Below the pieces are notes generated by a model. That model was not told the origin of the DNA and did no database searches. It was given only the letters and a program-made list of their open reading frames with translations. Positions 19,179 to 30,837 of a DNA stretch of 64,000 bases are shown here, piece by piece. Location: positions 1-64,000 of IMG/VR virus record IMGVR_UViG_3300005611_000013; one strand, 5' to 3'. Position 1 is the stretch's first letter. Each line of letters opens with the position of its first letter. Source of the DNA: a virus. Its lineage: Duplodnaviria > Caudoviricetes. The position numbers were made by a program, and so were the translations under genes.

Positions 19179-19529
19179 TGGAGGCGGGCGGAGTCGAACC
19201 GCCGTGTTGTATAAATTTCCATATAAACTTCTACATGTTTATCTAATCTTATTTTCTAGACATCTTGATTCAAGACTAGCAGAACATACAAGTGTCAAGC
19301 AACTGTTGCTTAGGCCAGTACCGTTGCTATGCTGGCAGCAGGAACATTTTACAGCGATTTTTCGGACCCTAGTTCCAACGGTTCCTAAAATCGTCGTTAC
19401 CTTCTCAGGCAGCGAGAGCTAGATGAGTTTCGCCATCTAAAGCGTTTAGTCCAGTTTTAACGTAGCCTCTAGACTAACTACGACATGCGATCTATATTTC
19501 TTTTTATCAATCGATGCCTTTACGCCCCC
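19179..19529 (-). ncRNA. ssrA: tmRNA; tag peptide (A)GETHLALAA*
   Basis: 5' GGGGGCG pairs with 3' CGCCTCC-A (G3-U wobble), T-arm GGTTCGACTCC, internal GGC GAA ACT CAT CTA GCT CTC GCT GCC TGA. Confidence 0.92.
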
Positions 19530-19913
19530 TTATTTGTATTTGTCAAGAAAGTATTTTGTCTTACTTGCACTATAACCAATAATTCTTGCTACTTCTTTAT
19601 CATTCTTTTCAACTATCATTACTGGTATAGATTTCACACCGTATTTATTTACCATTTCTTTTTCTTCATCAAAGTCATAGAGAATCAATTCGTAATTCCC
19701 TACTAATTCTACCACATCTGTAGTAGGTTTGTCAATAAGAAAATTCTTTAGAGATCTACATGGGCCGCACCAAGATGCGGAAAAAATAATTAGTTTTGCT
19801 TTTTGTTCTATAGCTGGCTCATCTGCCATAAGAAAATCAAAATCTCTAGAATAACCATTTATAGATACTATAGATATCAACACGGAAATCAAGAGGACAT
19901 TAAAAGTTTTCAT
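19530..19913 (-). CDS. Thioredoxin-family protein with signal peptide
   Basis: FSASWCGPC, YGVKSIP. Confidence 0.85.
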   Translation of the reverse strand: MKTFNVLLISVLISIVSINGYSRDFDFLMADEPAIEQKAKLIIFSASWCGPCRSLKNFLIDKPTTDVVELVGNYELILYDFDEEKEMVNKYGVKSIPVMIVEKNDKEVARIIGYSASKTKYFLDKYK

Positions 19914-19954
19914 TGTAACCTCCAGAGTTAGTGTGTTATATCTATTAATACACT

Positions 19955-20254
19955 TCAGTAGTTATAAGTTCTCCATTCCATATTTATAGCATCTTTGATG
20001 ACTAATTCTTTAGTGTAATATAATTCTTTTTTTATTCCGTTATTTCTATAGTAGTGCCATTCCAATATTACTTGTTCATCATAAGCAGAGATATAAGTTG
20101 GCTGCTCTCCTAATTTGAGATATATTTCTTCAGCCGCATCAATAGTTTTTTCAGGTGGCTTTACTGGGCAATCTTTAAAGAGTGGCATATCTGGCATATC
20201 TCTAATTAACCAGAATGGATCTTTGTTTCTTTCGTTTAATATCTTATTCTTCAT
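19955..20254 (-). CDS. Hypothetical protein
   Basis: ORF track. Confidence 0.5.
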   Translation of the reverse strand: MKNKILNERNKDPFWLIRDMPDMPLFKDCPVKPPEKTIDAAEEIYLKLGEQPTYISAYDEQVILEWHYYRNNGIKKELYYTKELVIKDAINMEWRTYNY

Positions 20255-20987
20255 CAGGATATTTTCCAGTTAGTAGTTTAATATGTTCTTTGCGACCGCA
20301 AAATTCTTGAAGCAAAATTTCATCATTATCTATTGTTATGTAATGGCAATCTTTCCCCGTCCAGCTACCACTGTTCCAGTATTCTATCACCTTTCCATCT
20401 TTTGTCAAGTGGTGATGCAAGCAAGCCATATGAGTATGACCGCAGACTACAGTGTCTATATCATTATTTCTACAGTGATTTATTGCATTCTCAACAACCA
20501 TTCCGCATCTTATAATCTGCTTGCTCTTACTTTTAACAAGGTTGCTATAGTAATAATCTTTGTTATATCTTTTATCAAATGCTTGTATTATCCTGTAAAC
20601 ATAATCAGCAACCTTTGATGTGATTGGTCTTTGTTTTATGAACATGTCCCATCTATCACCGTGTGTGATAAGTATTGTTTTGCCGCCACTTCTAAATATA
20701 TAGTCATCAAGAAAATCAACGCCAAGTAGATGAGCTATAACTTCTGCTTTTTGTGTATCGTGATTTCCTTTAATCCAAATAACTTCTATCTCATCGGCAA
20801 TTTTTCTAATCTTCTTTAGAATTTTCCAGTGACTATTTTTTATCCTTCTAAAATCTAAATTATCAAACACATCTCCATTCAGTATTAATTTCTTTGTCTC
20901 TAGATTATCCAAAAAATTTAATATTTCATCGGCCCTACATACATTAGAACCAATATGCAAGTCAGATATTATTGTATATTCTTTCAT
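20244..20987 (-). CDS. Calcineurin-like metallophosphoesterase (LpxH-like)
   Basis: SDLHIG, NGDVFD, GNHD, THGD, CGHTH. Confidence 0.85.
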   Translation of the reverse strand: MKEYTIISDLHIGSNVCRADEILNFLDNLETKKLILNGDVFDNLDFRRIKNSHWKILKKIRKIADEIEVIWIKGNHDTQKAEVIAHLLGVDFLDDYIFRSGGKTILITHGDRWDMFIKQRPITSKVADYVYRIIQAFDKRYNKDYYYSNLVKSKSKQIIRCGMVVENAINHCRNNDIDTVVCGHTHMACLHHHLTKDGKVIEYWNSGSWTGKDCHYITIDNDEILLQEFCGRKEHIKLLTGKYPDEE

Positions 20988-21076
20988 TTAATCAATCTTG
21001 TGGTTATTGAATAGGTCAAAATAATATGCAGCTATATTCAATATGACGCATATTACGATAATTATTATTTCTTCCA

Positions 21077-24000
21077 TCATTTTTTTATTGATTTTGCTTT
21101 TATGTGCCCAAGCACATCGTAAAAACAATGTTCGCATAAATGTATTTCATAGCTCTGACCGTCGCTATCAGACCAGTATCCCCATTCAGCAGATAGTGTT
21201 GCATATTCATTGTCTGCCATTTCATTTGACTTACAGCATTTTGAGCAGCAATCACAAATTACATAGTCTAAAACTTGTGCCACTCCAGATCTATATACTC
21301 TCACTTTTCTTCCTCTGGATACCAAAATCTACAGTAGAACTGTCCCTCATATCTATCTATTTCTGATTGGGGATAACCTTCTCTTACTAACCAATCATAC
21401 ATAGTTCCTTCTTCTTTGGAAGGATCATATAATTTTGGAAAAGTTTTACCGTCAGGACCAGCATACCTATGTCCACTTGGGGGATCAACCATTACTGGTT
21501 TAGAATAAATGTCAGTCATTTTTTACCTCTATGAGTCGTAAAAGGTCTTCAAAAGCACTAATCCTACCACTCCAATAAAATGCTGTTTCTCTTTGGAATT
21601 TTGTGGGATTTTCTACCATTCCATATACAGTATCATATTTAGTTTCGCAAAAGGCTTTCTCTTGTTGTAAAAAATTCTTTATGTTTCCTATGTCAATCAT
21701 TTTGATCTCCAAAGTATTTCTTTTCACACTTTTCACAAAGTACTTTAATCCATCTTGTTTTTGTGGGTCTACCCGATGATCCGCACATCTCACAAACTTT
21801 ACTACTATAATTTTCAGCCATTCTTACAGCACCATGAATGTATTCGTCTCCACCCATATAATACACCCTAAGCGTACCAAACTTTTCCTTTAGTTGCTGA
21901 AATACAACATAATCAACATTCTCTCGCCATTTCTGCTCTAGTGCTTTTTCGTGACTGTTGATAGTGTAACAGATGGAAGCAACTAGGTCAAGCCATCCGT
22001 CGTAAAATGCAAGATATTGTGTTTGTGAAAATAGTCTAGGGTATTTGGCGATAAGTTCTGCTCTCTTATCCGTTTGATCCGGTGGTGACACTTTTAATCT
22101 CCTTCTTTACTTTTTTCTCAATGTTCTGAAAAGTCTTCTTAATAGAATCATGAAGTTCGTAATCTTTCTTATATGCTGTTATCGCATCTAAAACTTTCCA
22201 CAATTCTGCCGTACTAAAATCTATACTCATTCATCAATCTCCTTTTATACACCGCTTACTCAAGGTTTTCTACAACCCCAACCTGTTCCTTGAGCCTGAA
22301 CCATTCACTTCTAATTTGACTAATGGCTTCGTTTATATTATCGGGAAATGGCGAACCGTATTTATCCCACGATCTCAGTAACTCTTCAAATTCACAAATA
22401 AATACATACATCTTGTTTGCTTGATTAAAGTTATCAAACTCATATTTTTCGTCCGGTAAATCAAACTCAACTGTTATTTTAGGCATTTTAACGCTCTCTT
22501 TCATTTATTTAATATCTTCTGTATATAACCCATAATCTATTCCGCGTTTTACTGCTATATTGTTAATAAAGTCAACAAGAACAGCATCAACATCGTCCTG
22601 ACTAATAGAACACTCTCCTTTTAAATTATTCATATGTTTATTTCTGTTTATAGAATTTATACAATGTGTGCGATAAATTTGTGCTTCTTCTTTTAGAAGA
22701 TTAAGCAATTCAAGCATAGTCATCATGCCATTCTTTCTCTAATTTAGCCAGTGTAAGATTTACATGTTGATTAGTATAAAAACAATCAAGATCACTATCT
22801 TTTATCTCATTATATTTTTCGGGCCAAACATCCCACAACACATTCATTAAGGTTTGTCCATATCTCCACCGATTAACAGCACGAACCTTTGGAGGTTGAT
22901 TACTCATAAAGGTATCTTCTACTTTTTTTATGAAGTCTGTAAAATTCATGTTAACCTATTCTTGTTTTACTTTAACTTCCATTCGTCCTACAATACTCTT
23001 AGTAGGCTGATTCGTAATAATGTGTGAACTGATTTTTACACCAGTATCGGAAATCTTCACTATCTTCCAAACCCATAGTTGATATAAAATCCCTATAATG
23101 GATATCAAATATTTCTTCTCGGGGAGATACTTTACGGCTCGCAAGCCATACATAAAACGGAAGCGTGTGACCCGGCATATCACTAGACCAATCCATCATG
23201 TTCTTAAAATTTTTTTCCATTCTTATATTTCCTCTCCGGTATTATAGTCAATCACTGGCTTAGACAGACAATCAATCATTTCCTTTAGAATTACTAATAA
23301 ATCATTAATACTTTCAGCCTTAACTTTTTCTGGGTATTCTCCTATTCCTATAATATCGCCAGACTGATCAAAAACCCGCCTAATATCAAGGCTATTATTT
23401 TTACTTTTTACAACACGATATCCCCAACAGCCCATTATTTATTCTCCATGTTTCATGCGATAACAATTAGAACCACAAAGCCAATCTCCATCATCATCCT
23501 CAAAACCATCTTGATGAACAGGACATCTGTAGTCATTATTGACCGAAATGTCTCTTTCACAAGTATGCACAATTTTACCACATACCACACACTTTTCAAG
23601 AGGGGCAGACGGATCACAACATTCAAGTCGTTCGTTTTCGTTGTTCATTGTTCAATCTTTCTAGTTCGGGTGAGACATCATCCAAAAGAGCATCAATAAC
23701 ACTTTTCATCTGGGCCATTTCATTTCTTTGATCACGAACTTCACGCTTATATGAATCTATAACATTGTTTAGATGTTCAATCTTCTGAAGTAAGTATTGT
23801 TCTTGTTGAGTATCCATTACTTATCTTTATAAAGAGGATAATCTTTTTCATTTTTTTCTAGTCGTTTTGCTAGTTCAAGTATATCAAACTCGCTCCAACC
23901 AGCAAAATATCCACGCATATAGATTTGAGTAAGCTGATCGTTGTTTTTGTAATATTCTTTAACTGTTTCAATCCAAATTTTAGTAGCAGCAAATAGTGGG

Positions 24001-25265
24001 TTTTCTTGCATTATTTATTCCTCATATGGTTTTATTATCCATCCTAATTTTTCTAAATCGGCACGAACTTCGTCTGTAACAGTTCCTTCTCCAACAAAAT
24101 CTGGATTATCTGATAATGCAGCGGAACAATACAGGTCTAAGTAATCATAAGCCTTTCCTGTTTCTAGCCACTTCATATCCGCTACAATTCCACCAGCATA
24201 ACGCCAACTACAAGTCCAAGGTTCTTTCATATCCCCCTTGAAAAATTGATTATTACATAAACACGCATATAGATTCTGTGCATAAACATCATTCCTAGTT
24301 TTTGCAACAATAAAATCTGCGTGAAATAAATCATGCTCTAAGTTATTCGTTGGCTCCTTACGATCATTCATTAAATCCATAACCTCCCCCTACAACTGAT
24401 AAGTTGTTTTAGTTTTTCGGTATCTTCTTCATAAGTATTCGGACTAAGGTCATCTACTTCGTCGCTGTTTCTCTGTTGCCACCATTCATATAGCTCTTTT
24501 AAATCTTGGTCAATCTCAGAGAGAACAAAATGTTTCTGATTATATTCAAACAACTTTGAAAACTCATTAAAACATGCGTATAAAATACGGGTATCTAGAT
24601 CATAATACTCACCTTTTGGAAGGCCCGTATCTAGTAAATAGAGATTTCTATTAAGAAAACGCATCCTTACATTATGATAGACATCGTATGGAAAATAAAC
24701 AATATCTTGAATTTTACTGAGCAAAGTATCAGATAGGTAATATCTAAAAGGTCTTTCTTTCTTCATCCTATCTCTCCAAACAGCCCATTCTTCAAGGGGA
24801 AGGTATCGTGGCTTCTTTTCACCCCTAATAAAATCTGCAAATTTTGAGCATGACCAATAACGAAATCTTGTTTTTAAATAACTAAATACCATTTTATTCA
24901 CCTATCTTTTTCACTTCTTCTATTTTTGAGGAGATGCCCCATGAATACGCAGACTGTCTTAGGTATTTGTCGCCCCTTTTCTCAATGATCTCCATCATAC
25001 CAGACTCTATCCAAACAATCAAGACCCTATCCTCGCTTCCAGAATGCTGCCATACGCCCCAATTATTTAGTTTGCCTTCTGGGTCTAGGTCTATGGCATA
25101 ACCGTCTTCTAGTAGCCTTATAGCACCCCAAGAGCGACAATTCCAGCATCCTATGGGCCATGTTATGTGTTGTTGTTTTTGTTGAACTGCGACACGTTCT
25201 TTCTTCTTGTCGTCATCTGCGACAGGTTCCATGAGAAAAAACGATAAAAGCAATTCAAATATCAT
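21077..25265 (-). other. Cluster of about 15 short hypothetical phage genes (60-180 aa)
   Basis: Contiguous minus-strand ORFs with GGAG RBSs and stop/start overlaps (e.g. 21693..22091, 22256..22504, 24015..24380, 24371..24901, 24894..25265). Confidence 0.7.
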
Positions 25266-25981
25266 TAGAATACTTCTTCTATTGTCCAGTTTACTTCAAA
25301 TTGTATAGTTTCATCTAAAAACTTGATGAATTTTTTACCCTCTTCACTGTTCTTGTATTCAGCATAAAGCTTATCAGATTTTGGGCTATTATATTCAGGT
25401 ATCGTTCTTCCCTGTATATACAGATGGTGCGAGCGGTCAAGTAGGTATTCAAAGAATTCTTTAAACTGATCGTTGTTTTCAAAATACTCTGGGTCTTTAT
25501 CTTTAATACACATGTATAGTGCCGTAGAATATATCATGAATTCAAAAGCACCAGAAACCGCATCTGTTCTTTCAAGAGGAAGTTTTAAAGACCAATCCAC
25601 AAAAGCACAAGACCCGCCAAGAGAATAACAATTCCACTCCTCCATGATATAGAGGGGAGAATCATTCCAGTATTTTAACTGGTCAACGAAGTAAAGGTTG
25701 TATCTGTATCCCCTGAGATTAGTTGACACATAAGGTGCGACATCCTTGATGGTTAGATTGGGCTGTTTAATTAAAACACCGCGACCTTTCTCAAAATAAA
25801 AACCATTAACATTTCCCCTGTTCTCATTTCTTAGTTGACTGCTAATCATATGAGAAGTCTCGTGAACATTAGTTGCACGAGACTCGTTTGTTACTGGATT
25901 TTTAGCATGGGATAATACATCAGAGTAGATATAATTATCTTCTTCTACTTCTCTATATTTAGTTAGCTTGATTACTTTCAT
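25265..25981 (-). CDS. HExxH zincin-like hypothetical protein
   Basis: VHETSH plus downstream EEWNCY. Confidence 0.45.
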   Translation of the reverse strand: MKVIKLTKYREVEEDNYIYSDVLSHAKNPVTNESRATNVHETSHMISSQLRNENRGNVNGFYFEKGRGVLIKQPNLTIKDVAPYVSTNLRGYRYNLYFVDQLKYWNDSPLYIMEEWNCYSLGGSCAFVDWSLKLPLERTDAVSGAFEFMIYSTALYMCIKDKDPEYFENNDQFKEFFEYLLDRSHHLYIQGRTIPEYNSPKSDKLYAEYKNSEEGKKFIKFLDETIQFEVNWTIEEVF

Positions 25982-26528
25982 TGCTTATCTTGCATCCCTT
26001 TTTATAATTTTCATGCTTCCATAATGGTTGGGTATTTGTGTAATGAAAACATTTTCTCTGATCTTCTTCCTTTGTCAAATCAAATGATGCACATGGTATA
26101 ATATGATCTATATGCCATTCGCCATAATTTTCCCAAGACATTCCATCTGTAAACTTATTTTCTAAGTATATTTTCCATTCTTGTGCAGAACATCCAAGAA
26201 TTGATAACGAATGATCAGATTTAAACTGACTTCTAATAGTCTGTCGCATTCTACGTCGTAGACTTTGAGCTATTTTAGCATGTGGATTTTTGTCTATATA
26301 ATTCTTATAATTCCTAGCCATTCTTGGCTTATCATTAACAAGTCTATCAAGATCTATTGAGTTTTTACATTTCTTGCATCGTGCATAAAAACCATATTTT
26401 CCATTTTTATTTCTATGGAAATTATCAGCGTTTGCTATTTTTTCCTCACCGCATTTTGTGCATTTTTTGTAATTCATATAGGATCTCCTGAAAAGCTGGC
26501 AATGGGCTGAGAATATTATTTTTCTCAT
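25959..26528 (-). CDS. HNH-type endonuclease with N-terminal Zn ribbon (likely start MNYKKC)
   Basis: CTKCG..RCKKC; WHIDHIIPCASFDL...HYTNTQPLW..EN..K. Confidence 0.8.
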   Translation of the reverse strand: MRKIIFSAHCQLFRRSYMNYKKCTKCGEEKIANADNFHRNKNGKYGFYARCKKCKNSIDLDRLVNDKPRMARNYKNYIDKNPHAKIAQSLRRRMRQTIRSQFKSDHSLSILGCSAQEWKIYLENKFTDGMSWENYGEWHIDHIIPCASFDLTKEEDQRKCFHYTNTQPLWKHENYKKGCKISNESNQAN

Positions 26529-26560
26529 TTAATCTTACGAACCCATGCCCGTTAATTTAA

Positions 26561-26803
26561 TCAACCAGAGCAGCTACCACACGCTGACGTTACAGCCGCA
26601 GGGCGGCAGCGACGGGCAGCACGACGAGAAGCAACGCGACTACGAACACCGCGAACAACGCGAACCGGAGCTGTTACAACCTTTTCAGCAACCCCTACGG
26701 TTGCCTGAACGGTAGAACGAACTGGCTTGCAACTACCACACTCCCCAGCGAAAGCAACGCTACCAACGAAACTAAAAACAAGTGCTAGAAAAACATTCTT
26801 CAT
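26561..26803 (-). CDS. Small secreted Cys/Arg/Val-rich protein
   Basis: Signal peptide then CGSC..RVVRGVRSR..CGSC. Confidence 0.65.
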   Translation of the reverse strand: MKNVFLALVFSFVGSVAFAGECGSCKPVRSTVQATVGVAEKVVTAPVRVVRGVRSRVASRRAARRCRPAAVTSACGSCSG

Positions 26804-26838
26804 AGATAAATCCTTTTGTTAAAGTTAAAAACCAACAG

Positions 26839-26911
26839 TACTCCCGGAGGGACTTGAACCCCCAACCTAGCGGGTAGAAACCGCTTGCTCTATCCATTGA
26901 GCTACGAGAGC
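26839..26911 (-). tRNA. tRNA-Arg(UCU)
   Basis: Cloverleaf read manually; stem AGCGG/CCGCT, loop TT-TCT-AC. Confidence 0.93.
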
Positions 26912-27167
26912 TTTTTGTATTCCAGTTTAGGAATATGACTATCACCACCATCAACTACATCTACAATCTTAACAGAAATAATTTTGTTGTCAAGTGAATT
27001 GTTTTTTCTGTAGGCATCAATCATCTTTGCGATCTGCTTACATAGGGTTGTACAATCTATTTGTTCGTTTAGCTTGATAATCATTTTTGTTCACATTTGG
27101 TGTATATTAATACAGCATACGCTCTGATCTTTTAAACAATGCGTCTTCTTTTTGAAAGGTTGATACC

Positions 27168-27629
27168 ATGAATCAAAAGTATGACTATTCTAATCTTGAA
27201 AGTATTTGTGCTGATTCTCGCAGTTATCGTGAATGTTTACTAAAAATAGGCTGTTCTGCTGCCGCTGGAGGGCATTATGAATCCATTAAAAGTGAAATAA
27301 AAAAACGTGGCATAGATATTTCTCATTTTACACATAAAGGATGGAACAAAGGGAATACTCCAAATCCATCAAAACCAATTGAAGACTATTTAAGTAATAA
27401 ACAAACAATTCAATCCTTTAAACTAAAGGGCAGATTGATTAAAGAGAAAATCTTTGAACATAAGTGTTACGAGTGTCAAAGGGAAATATGGCTTGGTGAG
27501 CAAATTCCCCTTGAGTTGCATCACATTAATGGTAATAACAAAGATAATTCACTTTCAAATCTCACCCTTCTTTGTCCAAATTGTCACGCTCAAACTCGCA
27601 ATTATCGTGGAAAAAATAAATCTAAATAG
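27168..27629 (+). mobile_element. HNH homing endonuclease, antisense to its neighbours
   Basis: CYECQ..IPLELHHINGNNKDNSLSNLTLLCPNCH; own GGTGTATA promoter-like motif at 27099. Confidence 0.88.
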
Positions 27630-27898
27630 GAACGGTGGGACTCGAACCCACACTGAACGGATTTTCTTACTACTATAACTTTCGTTACCATTTCTGTTTG
27701 TAGTCTGGACTTTATCTTAACCATGACTTTCGTCTTAGGTTCCTGCCGTCAAGTCTCTACACCTTCCTATTACTAGGCTTGGCTCGGTATTGCCATATTA
27801 AAGGTTTCACCGAATTTGACAGGTTCTACTTTATTAGTTTCTTAATAAGCACTCAAATTTCTCTAAGTCCGATGCCTCTGCCTTTGGGCTACGTTCCC
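27627..27898 (-). tRNA. tRNA-Leu(UAA) interrupted by a group I intron
   Basis: 5' exon GGGAACG...TCGGACTT, 3' exon AAAATCCG...GGTTCGAGTCCCACCGTTCCTA. Confidence 0.9.
27666..27864 (-). mobile_element. Group I intron (199 nt, ORF-less) after U34 of the anticodon
   Basis: P1 ACTT/GAGT with U-G pair; P AAATTCGGTGAAAC, Q AATACCGAGC, R GTAGAGACTTGACG, S AAGATAAAGTCC; terminal G. Confidence 0.9.
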
Positions 27899-27905
27899 AC
27901 TCCTT

Positions 27906-29802
27906 TTAGTCTTCGTTATAGGATGAATCAGAACAATTCACATTAGGATTATTCCGACAACAATAATACTGAAAGTTGTCCACGCTTGGGAATGAACTCC
28001 CCTTATATGTCCACTTATCGCACTTTGGAATATACTCTCTATATTCGTTAAGTTTAAAACATTGACACATTGTGTCTTCAAGCTTATCAGCATGTAGAGA
28101 CAATAGTGAAGAAATTCCATTTAGAGCATTGGTAACTTTGTCGCAAAGTTCATCATCAATATTCTCTGACTCCATTAGCAAGCTACTTATTTCACTTATA
28201 TCTTCTGCAAAAGTGTGCAGTCTCATAATTTCATTCTCAAGATCAAATCTATCTTTCATAGTCTGTTACTCCTGTGTCGTAAGGAAACCCATCTTCGTAA
28301 TCTTCAGTATACTCGCCCTGAGCTTCGTTGTCAAGCCAGGGTACATCATCATCTGGTAAAATTTTCATTAATTACTCCATCACATAATATGGTTGATAAA
28401 CCCACCTCGTTACTGGCACTGTTTTGACTTCTGTAACTGTCCTGAAAACATATTTTTTTTCTACTTGTGTAGTTTCAAGAACCACATGGGGAACGAGTTG
28501 ATATTTAATAACAAGTTGTGGCACATAAACCCGTGGCTGAACAGTAGTAGTAATTATCTGTTCTTGAACAACAACTTGAGGTTGATTCACTGGAACCCAT
28601 GTACCAGTAGCATAGCATACAGATGAACAAAGTGCAAATATAGCCCCTAGAAAAATTCTCATGTGTTCTCCCTTATAAAGTAATACCTTGAATATTCGCC
28701 TTGAATATCACTTATGAAATCTAATGAACCCGTATCATCCGGCCCATAAACATATTCCTTTGGTATTTCCTTAAATACTTTTTTTTGCTTTGCTTCATCC
28801 CAATCAAGCTTACCATACTTAGTCCAATAAAGGTATCTAAATCCATCGTATGTCTTAGTATCGCAAAGCATTTTCTCCATCATTATGCAAAGTTTTTGCT
28901 TAGTTGACTGTGGTATTTTAGAAGCAAGCAAATCATTAATAGTATTCTTAGCATAGGTTAAGAAATCTACAGATACTTGCTTTCTCTTCTGAGTTTTTAT
29001 CATTCATCATCCTCCTCATCCTGTACTTCAAGCTCCTCTTCGTTATTAAAAACGATTCTTGGAATCCATCCATCTTCATTGTACTCAACTAGATCGCAAA
29101 CATGTTCATCTCCACTGTCTGCGTCATAAATAATAACTTCATCCGAAAGTTCAATATCACTACTATTGATATAGTCAAGCAGATTCTGCCATGTCAGTCT
29201 TTTCAACATTCATTTGCTCCATAATTTGAAGGTTCATACTATTCCGAACGCTCTCTGAATATCTTACAGGATCAGCTAGTCCGTTGTCAAGTGCATTTTT
29301 TGACGCAAAATAATAGCCCCTATCATCAGAAACAAGTAGAAAACCATCTGGAACTGCAACCTTAGAAAGTATTTCTTCATCTTTAACAAGCATATCGCTT
29401 GTTGTTCCGTATGGGGTTTTAGTTGTTATAGACCTTCCAGTTTCATGTTTCCTGATTTTTATCGTGTTTCTTGCCATCTTTTTCTCCTTCTTCTTTTACT
29501 GAAAATACCATGCAACACCCTTCATCACTCCAATAACATTCTAGTATATCTTCTGCACACATTTTTGCAAGCTGACATCCCACAAGCCAGGATTGAATTT
29601 CCTCAACAATATTATCGGCTATTTCCTCGTTAATGATTAAGCCTTTTTTGGATTTTTCTTTTACGATCTGCACCACGTTGCTGATCTTTATGTAAGATTT
29701 AGCTTCTTTTAAATCCATTTCAATATACTTGCAAGACATAGAAAGTATTTTTTTGGAAAATATCTTTATGTTTTTAATTTTGTAGTTTCCCTCATCTTCC
29801 AT
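27906..29802 (-). other. Cluster of six short hypothetical genes (one with a signal peptide, 28372..28662)
   Basis: Contiguous ORFs with RBSs. Confidence 0.65.
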
Positions 29803-29825
29803 TTTAACCTCCTCTTAAAAAGAAA

Positions 29826-29898
29826 AGCCGATGACAGGACTTGAACCTGCAACAGACTGATTACAAATCAGTTACTCTACCAATTGAGTTACATCGGC
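29826..29898 (-). tRNA. tRNA-Thr(UGU)
   Basis: Cloverleaf, loop TT-TGT-AA. Confidence 0.93.
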
Positions 29899-29949
29899 CC
29901 AGAGGGATTTTTAAAGAGATACCCCGAAAACTCTGCGTCGGCCTCCGAA

Positions 29950-30023
29950 CGAGAATGATGGGACTTGAACCCACAACCTCTGGCGTGACAGGCCAGTGAT
30001 CTAACCAATTGATCTACATTCCC
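29950..30023 (-). tRNA. tRNA-Asp(GUC)
   Basis: Cloverleaf, loop CT-GTC-AC. Confidence 0.93.
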
Positions 30024-30026
30024 AAG

Positions 30027-30098
30027 CTGCCCCGGTAGGATTTGAACCTACAACCTCAGTGTTAACAGCACTTTGCACTACCATTGTGCTACAGGGCA
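30027..30098 (-). tRNA. tRNA-Asn(GUU)
   Basis: Cloverleaf, loop CT-GTT-AA. Confidence 0.92.
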
Positions 30099-30108
30099 TT
30101 CTAATATC

Positions 30109-30137
30109 ATTATACTTTTCTCTCGGCCTAGTGTCAA
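30109..30137 (-). promoter_or_regulatory. sigma70 promoter TTGACA-N17-TATAAT driving the Asn/Asp/Thr tRNA operon
   Basis: Perfect consensus about 10 nt upstream of tRNA-Asn. Confidence 0.85.
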
Positions 30138-30226
30138 CTTAAAAAACTTTGTTTTTTCTTTTTTGGTGTATTGTATTAGTAGTACATTGTATTGTTTGCT
30201 TTTTATTCTACCAGAAGGAGGAACCT

Positions 30227-30733
30227 ATGTCAAGAGGAAAACGCAGTATTATTTGGGATATGCCATCACAAGAATTTCAACAGCTTGTTCAAAGTAGCAC
30301 AAGCATTGGACAAATACTTAAAGCCTTTGGTTTGTCTAACAAAGGGGGTAATAGTAACACTGTTAAGAGAAGAATAAAACATGAAAATATTGATATGTCT
30401 CACATTATTTTAGGCAGGGGTTCTAATAAAGGGAAAACTTATACTCGTTTAACAAATGAAGAAATGTTTGTTTCCAACTCTATCACCAGAAGAAAAGACC
30501 TTAAACGTAGGCTTATACGAGACAAACTTATTCCTTTTCAATGTAGAGATTGTGGTATTACACATTTATGGAATAATAAACCAATAGTATTACAGCTTGA
30601 ACATATTAATGGAGTATGTAACGACAACAGGCTTGAAAACTTATGTTTTCTTTGTCCTAATTGCCATAGCCAAACAGATACTTTTGCTGGTAAAAAAGCT
30701 GGCCGGGTAGGACTCAAACCTACAACCCTCTGA
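30227..30733 (+). mobile_element. HNH homing endonuclease (start MSRGKRS), antisense within the tRNA cluster
   Basis: RBS AAGGAGG; CRDCG..LQLEHINGVCNDNRLENLCFLCPNCHSQT. Confidence 0.88.
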
Positions 30734-30771
30734 TCCAAAGTCAGTTGCTCTATCAATTAAGCTACCGGCCA
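30699..30771 (-). tRNA. tRNA-Gln(UUG), T-loop variant TTTGAGT
   Basis: Cloverleaf, loop CT-TTG-GA. Confidence 0.82.
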
Positions 30772-30837
30772 GTTATAAGACTTGCTATTTCTAACAAGTC
30801 AAACTAAATATAATTTACCTTATACTCTTCAATCATT

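Noticed and set aside
19541-19546. TTGACA upstream of the tmRNA as its promoter
   Set aside because: Only 11 nt from the mature 5' end, leaving no room for a -10
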